A program made the translations under genes and the position numbers. Below, piece by piece: positions 1 to 6,905 of a DNA stretch of 42,408 nt. The stretch spans positions 1-42,408 of the forward strand of contig DASZUW010000132.1 in the NCBI GenBank assembly GCA_035547475.1, given 5' to 3'. The notes beneath the pieces are model-generated. The model was given only the letters and a program-made list of their open reading frames with translations. It did no database searches and was not told where the DNA came from. This stretch comes from Solirubrobacterales bacterium (GTDB lineage: Bacteria; Actinomycetota; Thermoleophilia; Solirubrobacterales; 70-9). Numbering within the stretch: the stretch's first letter is position 1; each line of letters begins with the position of its first letter.

Positions 1-21
1 CTGGACCAAGGAGAACCGAGA

Positions 22-171
22 ATGAGACGACTCACGATTCCGGCCGCGGTGGTCGGCGCGATCGCCGCGCTTGCCGTCGGCGCCGGCGCCGCCACGGCCG
101 ACGGCGGTCACGACCACCACGGTCACAACCACGATCACGGCCACCACTTCGGCCGCTGGTCGCCGGCCTGA
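22..171 (+). CDS. Small His-rich secreted peptide (49 aa), not in the supplied ORF track
   Basis: ATG at 22 follows AAGGAGA (8-14). Translation is MRRLTIPAAVVGAIAALAVGAGAATADGGHDHHGHNHDHGHHFGRWSPA*. It has an RR-containing signal-like N-terminus, a hydrophobic core and an A-T-A site, then 8 His within 13 residues. Third codon positions are almost all G/C. TGA at 169-171. Confidence 0.5.
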   Translation: MRRLTIPAAVVGAIAALAVGAGAATADGGHDHHGHNHDHGHHFGRWSPA

Positions 172-383
172 GCGGTTCGGCCTTCGACGCCGCCTACACC
201 CACCTCGAGGTCCTCGGCCACGTACAGGACATCGAAGAAGCGCAGGAGGAGGTCAAAAGAGGCAGCAGCGCCGCGGTCCGCAACCCCGCGTCGGCGGCGC
301 GGGCGACGGTTTGCCGCGACATTGGCGGCGCTTTACCGGGTCGGGCGCAGAATCGGGAAAAGCCCTCACCCAGGAGAAGCGAG

Positions 384-650
384 ATGAACGCAAATCGACG
401 CGCGAAGGTCGCGGCGGGCGCGACGGCGATCGGGCTCGCCGCGCTCGGCGGCGCGGCGCTCGGCACCAACCACGGGCTCACCGGCCCGGTCGCCGCGGTC
501 GGCACCGTCGGCGGCCACGCGCCGATCGTGACCGGCGCCAGCGGGTCCACCGCGGCGACGAGCGCCGGCACCGCCGGGGAAGCGGGCCATCGGCCGATCG
601 TCACCCGGGCCAGCACGGCGGGCACGGCCGGCGCCACCGTCGACGATTAA
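384..650 (+). CDS. Small secreted Gly/Ala/Thr-rich protein (88 aa) with internal H(A/R)PIVT(G/R)AS repeat
   Basis: ATG at 384 follows AGGAGA. The N-terminus MNANRRAKVAAGATAIGLAALGGAALG looks like a signal peptide and may be a twin-arginine type. GC3 is strongly biased. It contains VTGASGS and ends ...ATVDD*. Confidence 0.55.
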   Translation: MNANRRAKVAAGATAIGLAALGGAALGTNHGLTGPVAAVGTVGGHAPIVTGASGSTAATSAGTAGEAGHRPIVTRASTAGTAGATVDD

Positions 651-656
651 TCGTCG
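641..656. repeat. Perfect 16-nt palindrome CGACGATTAATCGTCG encoding Asp-Asp-stop on both strands
   Basis: Read directly from the sequence. The TAA of the + ORF (648-650) and the TAA of the - ORF (649-647) overlap within the central TTAA. Confidence 0.9.
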
Positions 657-973
657 CGGCCGCCGCCTTCGCCGTCGTCCTCGCCGGATTCGGCCGGCGG
701 CGGGGCGGAGCTTTCCGGCGGCGGGGCGGGGCTTTCGGCCTGGGGAGGTTCCTTGCCGGCGCCTTCGGTCTGTCGCGGCGGATGCGAGGACTGGTCGTCG
801 CGTTCGGGACGGGCCTTCGGCGAGGAGGTGATCGGCGGCGCCAGCGAGTCGCCCGCCGAGACCGATTCGGAGGCGATGCCGATCTGCCGGCTCGCCAGCG
901 TGCCGGCGGCGATCGCGACCGCGGCGGCGATCACCAGTCCGAGCACGGCCAGGCCGATCCAGCGCAGCTTCAT
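647..973 (-). CDS. Small membrane-anchored Pro/Glu/Ser-rich protein (108 aa), translationally coupled to the histidine kinase
   Basis: This is the internal ATG of track ORF 647..1363. The sequence starts MKLRWIGLAVLGLVIAAAVAIAAG (one TM segment) and continues into a low-complexity acidic tail ending GGGRDD*. Its ATG (973-971) overlaps the kinase TGA (972-970) as ATGA. Confidence 0.6.
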   Translation of the reverse strand: MKLRWIGLAVLGLVIAAAVAIAAGTLASRQIGIASESVSAGDSLAPPITSSPKARPERDDQSSHPPRQTEGAGKEPPQAESPAPPPESSAPPPAESGEDDGEGGGRDD

Positions 974-2337
974 CGGCCGACCTCGATCACGGCGCGCAGG
1001 CCGCCGCCCTCGCGGGGCACGAGCCTCACGTCGCCTTCCCACTGGCGCGTCAGCTCGCGGGCTATCGCCAGCCCGAGACCGGTCCCGGTCGGGCCGCCGC
1101 GCCCCGCGCTGCCGCGGCGGAAGCGCTCGAACACCGTCGCCTCCTCGCCCGGCTCGAGGCCCGGTCCGCGGTCGAGCACCTCGATCGCGCCGGGTCCGTA
1201 ATCGATCGTCACGGTCGAGCCCTCCGGTGAGTAGACGAGGGCGTTCTCGACCAGCGCGTCGAGCGCCCGGTCGAGGTCGGGCGGTGAGATCCAGGCGCTC
1301 GCGCCGTGGCCGTCGGGCCCGAGCTCGAGCGCGATCCCGTGCGCTGTGGCGGCGCCGTGCCAACGCTCGGCGGCGCGGCGGGCGACGTCGCCGAGGTCGA
1401 CGGTCTCGCCGGGCCGGTCGTGCTCGCCCGCCCGGCTGAGGACCAGCAGCTCGTCGACGACGTGGGAGAGCCGGTCGATCTCCGCCATCGCCGCATCGAC
1501 CTCGGCCTCTGCGGGCGGGTCGTCGCGGAAGCGCTCGCCGAGCGCCTCGAGCCGCAGGCGCAGCCCGGTCAGCGGCGTGCGTAGCTGGTGGGAGGCGTCG
1601 GCGACGAAGTCCTGCTGCACGTGTAGGAGGCGCCGCACCCGGCCGGTCATCTCGTTGAAGGTACGGGCGAGCGAGCGCTGCTCGGCGCTGCCCTCGACCT
1701 TCGCCTCGACCTCGAGGTCGCCGCCGGCGAGGCGCCGGGCGGCGCGGTCGAGGCGGCGGATCGGCCGAGCGATCTGGGCGGCGATGAGCCAGCCGACCAC
1801 GAGCCCCATCGCCAGCACGATCGCGGCGAGCGCGGCGACGTCGAGGATCGAGCTGCGGACCGCGCGGTGGACGGCGGCGACGCTCTGCGTGATCCGCACC
1901 GCGCCGCGCGGCCGCCCGTGCTCGAAGACGGGGACGGAGGTGGCGAGGATTTCGGCGCCGAGGGTTTCGCTGTCGCGGGTGATCTGCTCGCCGTGCCCAG
2001 CCAAGGCCGAGCGCACCTCCGGCCGGTCCGCGTAGCTGGTCCCGACCGGCTCCCCGGCCGAGTCGGCGAGCAGCCGGCCGCGGGAGTCGACGACGATCAC
2101 CCGGCCGCGGACGCTCGCCGCCGAGGTGCGGGCCAGGCGGGCGAGGACGTGGGTGCGGGGTGGTTCGAGCAACTCGGCGGCCGAGCCGGCGACCACCTGG
2201 GCCTGGCTCTGGGCCTGGCTGCGGACCTCCGAGTCGACCCGGTCCCGCAGGCTCAGCGCCAACGGCACGCCGAGCGCGATCAGCGCCAGCAGCAGCACGT
2301 AGGCGAGGGCCAGGAGGAGGAGGGCACGGAGGCTTAT
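970..2337 (-). CDS. Sensor histidine kinase (TM - extracytoplasmic domain - TM - HAMP - HisKA - HATPase_c); start codon uncertain
   Basis: Motifs seen are HAMP (IARPIRRLDRAARRLAGGDLEV), the H-box FVADASHQLRTPLTGL, and the G-boxes DRGPGL and GTGLGLAIAREL. The track start at 2643 would overlap the regulator by about 300 nt. The sensible N-terminus is (I)SLRALLLLALAYVLLL right at the regulator stop. That position has ATA, not ATG. The next in-frame candidates are CTG at 2313 and GTG at 2298. Confidence 0.85.
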   Translation of the reverse strand: MSLRALLLLALAYVLLLALIALGVPLALSLRDRVDSEVRSQAQSQAQVVAGSAAELLEPPRTHVLARLARTSAASVRGRVIVVDSRGRLLADSAGEPVGTSYADRPEVRSALAGHGEQITRDSETLGAEILATSVPVFEHGRPRGAVRITQSVAAVHRAVRSSILDVAALAAIVLAMGLVVGWLIAAQIARPIRRLDRAARRLAGGDLEVEAKVEGSAEQRSLARTFNEMTGRVRRLLHVQQDFVADASHQLRTPLTGLRLRLEALGERFRDDPPAEAEVDAAMAEIDRLSHVVDELLVLSRAGEHDRPGETVDLGDVARRAAERWHGAATAHGIALELGPDGHGASAWISPPDLDRALDALVENALVYSPEGSTVTIDYGPGAIEVLDRGPGLEPGEEATVFERFRRGSAGRGGPTGTGLGLAIARELTRQWEGDVRLVPREGGGLRAVIEVGR

Positions 2338-3050
2338 GGCTCCTCTCTCTCCGGCGCGACGAAACGGAAGCCGACGCCGCGCACCGTCTCGATGTAGCTC
2401 GGATCGGCGGCGTCGTCGCCGAGCTTGCGGCGCAGCCAGCCGATGTGGACGTCGAGGGTCTTGGTCGAGCCGAACCAGTTGGTGTCCCAGACCCGCGACA
2501 TCAGGTCCTCGCGGCTGACCACCTCGCCGCGGTGGCGGATCAGCTCGGCCAGCAGGTCGAACTCCTTGCGCGAGAGGTCGAGCTCGCGGCCGGCGAGGCG
2601 GGCGGTGCGGGCGCGGAGGTCGACCTCCAGCTCGCCAGCGCACAGCGGTCCGCGGGGTGGTTGCTCGACCGGGCCGCTGCGGCGAAGGACGGCGCGGATC
2701 CGCGAGATCACCTCGGCGGCGCTGAAGGGCTTGACCACGTAGTCGTCGGCGCCGAGCTCGAGGCCGACGACCTTGTCGGTCTCGGTCCCGCGCGCGGTCA
2801 GCATCACGATCGGCACCTCGGAGCGCCGGCGCAGGTCGCGGCAGACGTCGCGCCCGTCGCCGTCGGGCAGCGCGAGGTCCAGCATCACGAGGTCGGGGGT
2901 GGCGGAGTCGGCGAGCTCCAGGGCGTCTGCCGCGGTGGAGGTGACGAGCGGCTCGAAGCCCGCCCGCCGGAGCACCTCGGCGAACGGCCGGGCGATCGAT
3001 TCCTCGTCCTCGACGACGAGGATGCGGGGGTTCGTCCGCGCGTAGGCCAT
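2334..3050 (-). CDS. OmpR/PhoB-family response regulator
   Basis: Receiver domain (ILVVEDEESI..., DLVMLDLALPDGDG, KPF) plus a winged-helix output domain (LSRKEFDLLAELI..., TLDVHIGWLRRKL, IETVRGVGFRF). Confidence 0.9.
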   Translation of the reverse strand: MAYARTNPRILVVEDEESIARPFAEVLRRAGFEPLVTSTAADALELADSATPDLVMLDLALPDGDGRDVCRDLRRRSEVPIVMLTARGTETDKVVGLELGADDYVVKPFSAAEVISRIRAVLRRSGPVEQPPRGPLCAGELEVDLRARTARLAGRELDLSRKEFDLLAELIRHRGEVVSREDLMSRVWDTNWFGSTKTLDVHIGWLRRKLGDDAADPSYIETVRGVGFRFVAPEREEP

Positions 3051-3088
3051 GTGGCGACGATAGCCCGCTCTAGAGCCGAATCCGGGGG

Positions 3089-3119
3089 TTTCACCACAGA
3101 TTTTGCCGTGGCTTTACCC
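3089..3119. promoter_or_regulatory. Three direct repeats TTTCACC / TTTTGCC / TTTACCC at 12-nt spacing in the divergent regulator / ApbE-operon promoter region
   Basis: The repeats start at 3089, 3101 and 3113 in a locally AT-richer patch between the regulator start (3050) and the GTG at 3187. The architecture is typical of OmpR-family direct-repeat operators. Confidence 0.3.
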
Positions 3120-3186
3120 GGTCCTTCCCGGGCCTTTGACGGGCCCCTCCCAAGATGGCGGCACACCCGATCGACGAGGAGCAGAC

Positions 3187-3666
3187 GTGACCAGACCGAA
3201 GACCCGCATCGCCGCCGCCGCCACGGTCGTCGGCCTGGGCGGGATCGCCGGGCTCGCGCTCGGCCAGGGCCATCAGCAGGCTTCCCTCGAAAAGAGCGTC
3301 GCCGACAAGCCGGTCGTGCACACCAAGGTGATCAGGCGGACCATCCACGTGACCAAGCACGCCAAGCCGAAGCAGCCCCGTGCGGCGGCCGGCACCGGCG
3401 CGACGGCGTACGCGGAAGGGGGCGGCGCTCTGGTCGCTCCCTCCGCGCCCGCCGCGGTCGCGACGGGCAGCTCCTCGACCGGCGCGGCGACCGAAGGCTC
3501 GACCTACTCCTCCGAAACGGTTACGACCTCGACCAGCGGCGCCGCGGCCGCGCCGGCCGGCGAATCCGGCGGCGGCGCGGTCACCACCGCGACCAGCGGT
3601 GGCGGTGACGGTGGAGGCGGCGAGTCCGAGGGCGGGCACGGGGACGGGGGCGGCCACGATGACTGA
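3187..3666 (+). CDS. Secreted Ser/Thr/Gly/Ala-rich protein (159 aa) with an acidic, His-containing C-terminus
   Basis: GTG at 3187 follows GAGGAG and lies in frame with track ORF 3103..3666. The N-terminus VTRPKTRIAAAATVVGLGGIAGLALG looks like a signal or anchor. Other motifs are KPVVHTKVIRRTIHVTKH and GTGATAY, and the tail is GGHGDGGGHDD*. GC3 is high. Confidence 0.55.
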   Translation: MTRPKTRIAAAATVVGLGGIAGLALGQGHQQASLEKSVADKPVVHTKVIRRTIHVTKHAKPKQPRAAAGTGATAYAEGGGALVAPSAPAAVATGSSSTGAATEGSTYSSETVTTSTSGAAAAPAGESGGGAVTTATSGGGDGGGGESEGGHGDGGGHDD

Positions 3667-3964
3667 GCCCCGGCCGAGCGGGCCGCGTCCCGGGCGCAGG
3701 CCCGGCGGCGCGGTCGTCTTCTGGGCGTCCGCCACCCTCTTCGCGGTGCTCTTCGCGCACCTGACCTTCCAGCTCAGTCGCGGCACCAGCGGCGCGACCA
3801 CCGCCGCCGCGTCGCCGGTCCAGGTCCGCAAGGTGATCAAGCGGCGGATCGTCACCACCGTCGTCCCGAGTCCCGGCGTCGACCGCGTCGTCAGCGGCCC
3901 GGCGACCAGCTCGGCCGCCGCGGTCGAAGTCCCGGTCGAACCCGTCACCACCTCCGCCTCCTGA
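3659..3964 (+). CDS. Small single-pass membrane protein (101 aa) with a TSGATT motif just outside the TM helix
   Basis: The internal ATG of track ORF 3380..3964 overlaps the previous stop (ATGACTGA). An Arg-rich N-terminus is followed by the TM segment GAVVFWASATLFAVLFAHLTF, then RGTSGATTAAASPVQVRKVIKRRIVTTVV. Confidence 0.55.
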   Translation: MTEPRPSGPRPGRRPGGAVVFWASATLFAVLFAHLTFQLSRGTSGATTAAASPVQVRKVIKRRIVTTVVPSPGVDRVVSGPATSSAAAVEVPVEPVTTSAS

Positions 3965-4884
3965 TGAGAGAACACGACCTCACCTTCGACGCGATGGGCA
4001 GCCACGTCAGGCTCCTGATCGGCGAGCCGCCCGCCGGGGCGGACCTGCCCGCGGCGGCCGAGGCCGCCGCGGGCGCCCGCCGCTTCGTGCAGGACTTCGA
4101 CGCGGCCCTCTCGCGCTTCCGGCCCGGGAGCGAGCTCTGCGCGCTGAACGAGGATCCGCGCGAGCGCGTCCCCGCCTCGCCGCTCCTTCGCCGCGCCGTG
4201 CGCGCCGGCGTCGAGGCGGCCGAGCTGAGCGGCGGCCTCGTCGACCCGACCCTGGTCGGCGAGATCGAGCGGGTCGGTTACGTCGACTCGCGCGCCGACT
4301 CGCGTTGGCGCCAGCTCGCGGTCGACGAGGAGGCGGGCGAGGTGCTGCGGCCGGTCGGCCTGCGCTTCGACACCGGCGGCTCCGGCAAGGGCCTGGCCGC
4401 CGACCTGGTCGCGGCGCGGCTGCGCGGCTATCCGCGCTTCGTCGTCGACTGCGGCGGCGACATCCGGATCGGCGGCGCCGGCGCCCTCACCTGGCCCTAC
4501 GAGGTCTTCGTCGAGCACCCGTTGAGCGGCGCGCGCGCCCACCTGATCCGCCTCGGCTTCGGCGGTATCGCCACGTCGGGCCTGAACGTGCGGATCTGGC
4601 GCGACGCCGAGGGCCGCTACGTCCATCACCTGCTCGATCCGGCGACCGGCGAGCCCGCCTGGACCGGCCTCGTCGGCGCGACCGCGCTCGGCGACACCGC
4701 CCTGGAGGCGGAGACTCGCGCCAAGGCCGCGCTGCTGTCGGGGGCGGTGGAGGGGCGGCGGGTGCTGGCCGAGAAGGGCGGCCTGGTCGTCCACGACGAC
4801 GGCACGGTCGAGACGGTCGGGCCGATCGCGTTGGTTCCGGCGAGCGCGCCCGAGGAGCTCGAGCCGGCGGAGGCGGCTGCGTGA
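3964..4884 (+). CDS. apbE: FAD:protein FMN transferase (ApbE family); no recognisable signal peptide or lipobox
   Basis: ApbE-type motifs are FDAMGSHVRLLI, SRFRPGSELCALN, FDTGGSGKGLAADLV, GGIATSG and HLLDPATGEP. The ATG overlaps the previous TGA by 1 nt. Confidence 0.85.
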   Translation: MREHDLTFDAMGSHVRLLIGEPPAGADLPAAAEAAAGARRFVQDFDAALSRFRPGSELCALNEDPRERVPASPLLRRAVRAGVEAAELSGGLVDPTLVGEIERVGYVDSRADSRWRQLAVDEEAGEVLRPVGLRFDTGGSGKGLAADLVAARLRGYPRFVVDCGGDIRIGGAGALTWPYEVFVEHPLSGARAHLIRLGFGGIATSGLNVRIWRDAEGRYVHHLLDPATGEPAWTGLVGATALGDTALEAETRAKAALLSGAVEGRRVLAEKGGLVVHDDGTVETVGPIALVPASAPEELEPAEAAA

Positions 4885-5507
4885 GGGAAGCCGTGACCAC
4901 GACCCTGCAGAGCCACGGCTGGTGGCTCGCGAGCCGCGCCTCCGGCCTCGTCGCCTTCGCCCTGATCACGATCTCGGTCGGCCTCGGCCTCGCGATGGCG
5001 GGGAAGGTGATGCGCCGGCCCGGCCTCTCGAGGAAGCTCCTCGCGGTGCACGAGCACACGGCGCTGGCCGGGCTCGAGGCGATCGCCGTCCACGGCGTCA
5101 CCCTGCTCGGCGACCCGTGGTTGAACCCGGGGGTCGCCGGCGTCGCGGTGCCGTTCGCGATGGGCTTCAAGCCTCTCTTCACCGGGCTCGGCGTGATCGG
5201 CGGCTACGTCGCCGCCCTGCTCGGCCTGAGCTACTACGTCCGCAAGCGGATCGGGGCGCGTCTCTGGCGCAAAGCGCACCGGGCGACGGTCGTCGTCTAC
5301 GTCCTCGGCCTGGTCCACGCCCTCGGTGCCGGGACGGACGCCACCGCGGTGTGGTTCCGCTGGTGGGTGATCCTCACGGCGCCGGTGATCGGCGGCCTCT
5401 TCGTCTACCGGCTTCTGGGTCGGCGGGCCGCCCGGTCGGCGCCGGCGCCGGCGCCGCGGCGGGCGATCCGGCGGCCGAGCGCGACCCTGGTCGAGGAGGC
5501 CTCGTGA
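4881..5507 (+). CDS. Ferric-reductase-like (MsrQ/FRD-type) bis-heme transmembrane protein (208 aa)
   Basis: GTG at 4881 overlaps the ApbE stop as GTGA and lies in frame with track ORF 4305..5507. There are about 6 hydrophobic helices. His pairs sit within helices: AVHEHTALAGLEAIAVHG, and HRATVVVYVLGLVH with i/i+13 spacing. Confidence 0.75.
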   Translation: MREAVTTTLQSHGWWLASRASGLVAFALITISVGLGLAMAGKVMRRPGLSRKLLAVHEHTALAGLEAIAVHGVTLLGDPWLNPGVAGVAVPFAMGFKPLFTGLGVIGGYVAALLGLSYYVRKRIGARLWRKAHRATVVVYVLGLVHALGAGTDATAVWFRWWVILTAPVIGGLFVYRLLGRRAARSAPAPAPRRAIRRPSATLVEEAS

Positions 5508-6685
5508 GAGACGCGGGCGTGCTGATCGTCGGTGGCGGGCTGGCCGGCCAGCGCGCGGCCGAGACCCTCCGGCGGCGCGGCCACGAGGGCTTCGTGCGGA
5601 TGGTCTGGGCCGAGCCGCTGCCGCCGTACGACCGACCGCCGCTCTCCAAGCGGGTCCTGGCCGGCGAGGTGGGGGAGGAGGGTCTCGCCTACCGCCCTAC
5701 CGACTGGTACCGCGAAAACGCGGTCGAGTTGGTCCTCGGCGATCCCGCGGCCTCGCTCGACCCTCTCGCGCGGCGGGTGCGGCTCGAGTCCGGCACGTCG
5801 CTTCCCTACGGGCGCCTGCTGATCGCCACCGGCGGGGCGCCGCGGCGCCTTCCGTTCCTCGGCCACGGCAACGTGCACGTCCTGCGCTGCGCCGCCGACG
5901 CGCGGCGGCTGCGCGAGGCGCTCCGGCCGGGGGCGCGCCTGGCAATCGTCGGCGCCGGCTTCATCGGCCAGGAGGTCGCCGCGACGGCGCGCGGGCTCGG
6001 TGCCGAGGTGACCCTGATCGAGGCACTGCCGACGCCCCTCGCACCCATCCTCGGCGAGCGGATCGGCGGCTGGTTCGCCGACCTGCACCGCGGGGAGGGC
6101 GTCGAGGTACGACTCGGCGCGGCGCTCGCCGAGGCGCGCGGCGGCGAGACGGTCGAGGAGCTGGTCCTCGCCGACGGGGAGCGGATCGGCTGCGACGCCG
6201 TGGTGGTCGGGATCGGCACGGTGCCGGCGACCGCCTGGCTCGCCGAGCACGGCTTCGGCGACGGCGTCCCCGTCGACGCGGCCGGCCGCACCGCGCTGCC
6301 CGACGTCTACGCCGCCGGCGACGCCGCCCTCACCTTCGCCCCGGCGACCGGAGCCCATCACCGCACGGAGCACTGGGAGGCGGCCGCCTGGCAAGGCGCC
6401 GCGGCGGCCAAGGCGATGCTCGGCGACGATCCCGGAGCGCCCCCGCTCGCGAGCTTCTGGAGCGACCAATACGGCCTCCGTGTGCAGTGCATCGGCAACC
6501 CCAAGGATTCCGACCGGATCCAGCTCGAGGGTGACCCGGCGGGGCACGACTTCGAGCTTCTCTTCACCCGCGCCGGCGTCCCGGTCGCCGGCCTCGCGGT
6601 CGGCAGGCCGGCCGCGATCCGGCGCTTCCGCAAACAGATCGAGGACGGCATCGACGCCGTCGAGAGAAAGGAGCTCACCGTATGA
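5504..6685 (+). CDS. FAD-dependent ferredoxin--NAD(P)+ reductase (putidaredoxin-reductase class)
   Basis: GTG at 5504 forms a GTGA overlap and lies in frame with track ORF 4922..6685. Motifs are VLIVGGGLAGQRAAETLR, YDRPPLSK, IVGAGFIGQEVAA, YAAGD and EHWEAA. Confidence 0.85.
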   Translation: MRDAGVLIVGGGLAGQRAAETLRRRGHEGFVRMVWAEPLPPYDRPPLSKRVLAGEVGEEGLAYRPTDWYRENAVELVLGDPAASLDPLARRVRLESGTSLPYGRLLIATGGAPRRLPFLGHGNVHVLRCAADARRLREALRPGARLAIVGAGFIGQEVAATARGLGAEVTLIEALPTPLAPILGERIGGWFADLHRGEGVEVRLGAALAEARGGETVEELVLADGERIGCDAVVVGIGTVPATAWLAEHGFGDGVPVDAAGRTALPDVYAAGDAALTFAPATGAHHRTEHWEAAAWQGAAAAKAMLGDDPGAPPLASFWSDQYGLRVQCIGNPKDSDRIQLEGDPAGHDFELLFTRAGVPVAGLAVGRPAAIRRFRKQIEDGIDAVERKELTV

Positions 6686-6888
6686 GCTACGTACCGGTCG
6701 TCGACCCAGACGAGTGCCTGGCCCACGGAGACTGCGTCGAGGTGGCCCCCGAGGTGTTCCGCCTCGACGACACCGCCGTGGTGATCGGCACCGCCCCGCT
6801 GGAGCTGCTGTTGCAGGCGGCGGAAGCCTGCCCCGCGGTGGCGATCACGATCCTCGACGAGGAGACGGGCGCGGTCCGGTATCCGTAG
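6682..6888 (+). CDS. Small ferredoxin, CxxHxxC...CP (3Fe-4S type)
   Basis: 68 aa. It contains DECLAHGDCVEVAP ... ACPAVAI. An ATGA overlap couples it to the reductase gene. Confidence 0.8.
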   Translation: MSYVPVVDPDECLAHGDCVEVAPEVFRLDDTAVVIGTAPLELLLQAAEACPAVAITILDEETGAVRYP

Positions 6889-6905
6889 GCGAGCGGTCCG
6901 CAGGC

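Noticed and set aside
168-383. The frame running into the 384 ATG reads LSGSAFDAAYTHLEVLGHVQDIEEAQEEVKRGSSAAVR.., which is reminiscent of a DUF4142 repeat. With a frameshift it continues ...GLPRHWRRF. It could be a gene relic, or a continuation of the His-rich ORF.
   Set aside because: It has no start codon, is too short for the family, and needs at least two frameshifts. The resemblance rests on a few residues. Only an HMM search of the six-frame translation could revive it.
71-1201. Long Arg/Pro/Gly-rich ORFs in alternate or antisense frames. Examples are 71..1201, 3091..4794, 5405..6547, 6358..8463 outside the 8225-8360 segment, 10022..11686, 14029..16461, 24308..26512, 28900..31458, 34378..36036, 37730..39613 and 41033..42259.
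   Set aside because: They overlap genes with clear family motifs. Their composition (poly-R/P/G/A, no motifs) is what off-frame translation of DNA above 70% GC produces. Stops are simply rare in such sequence.
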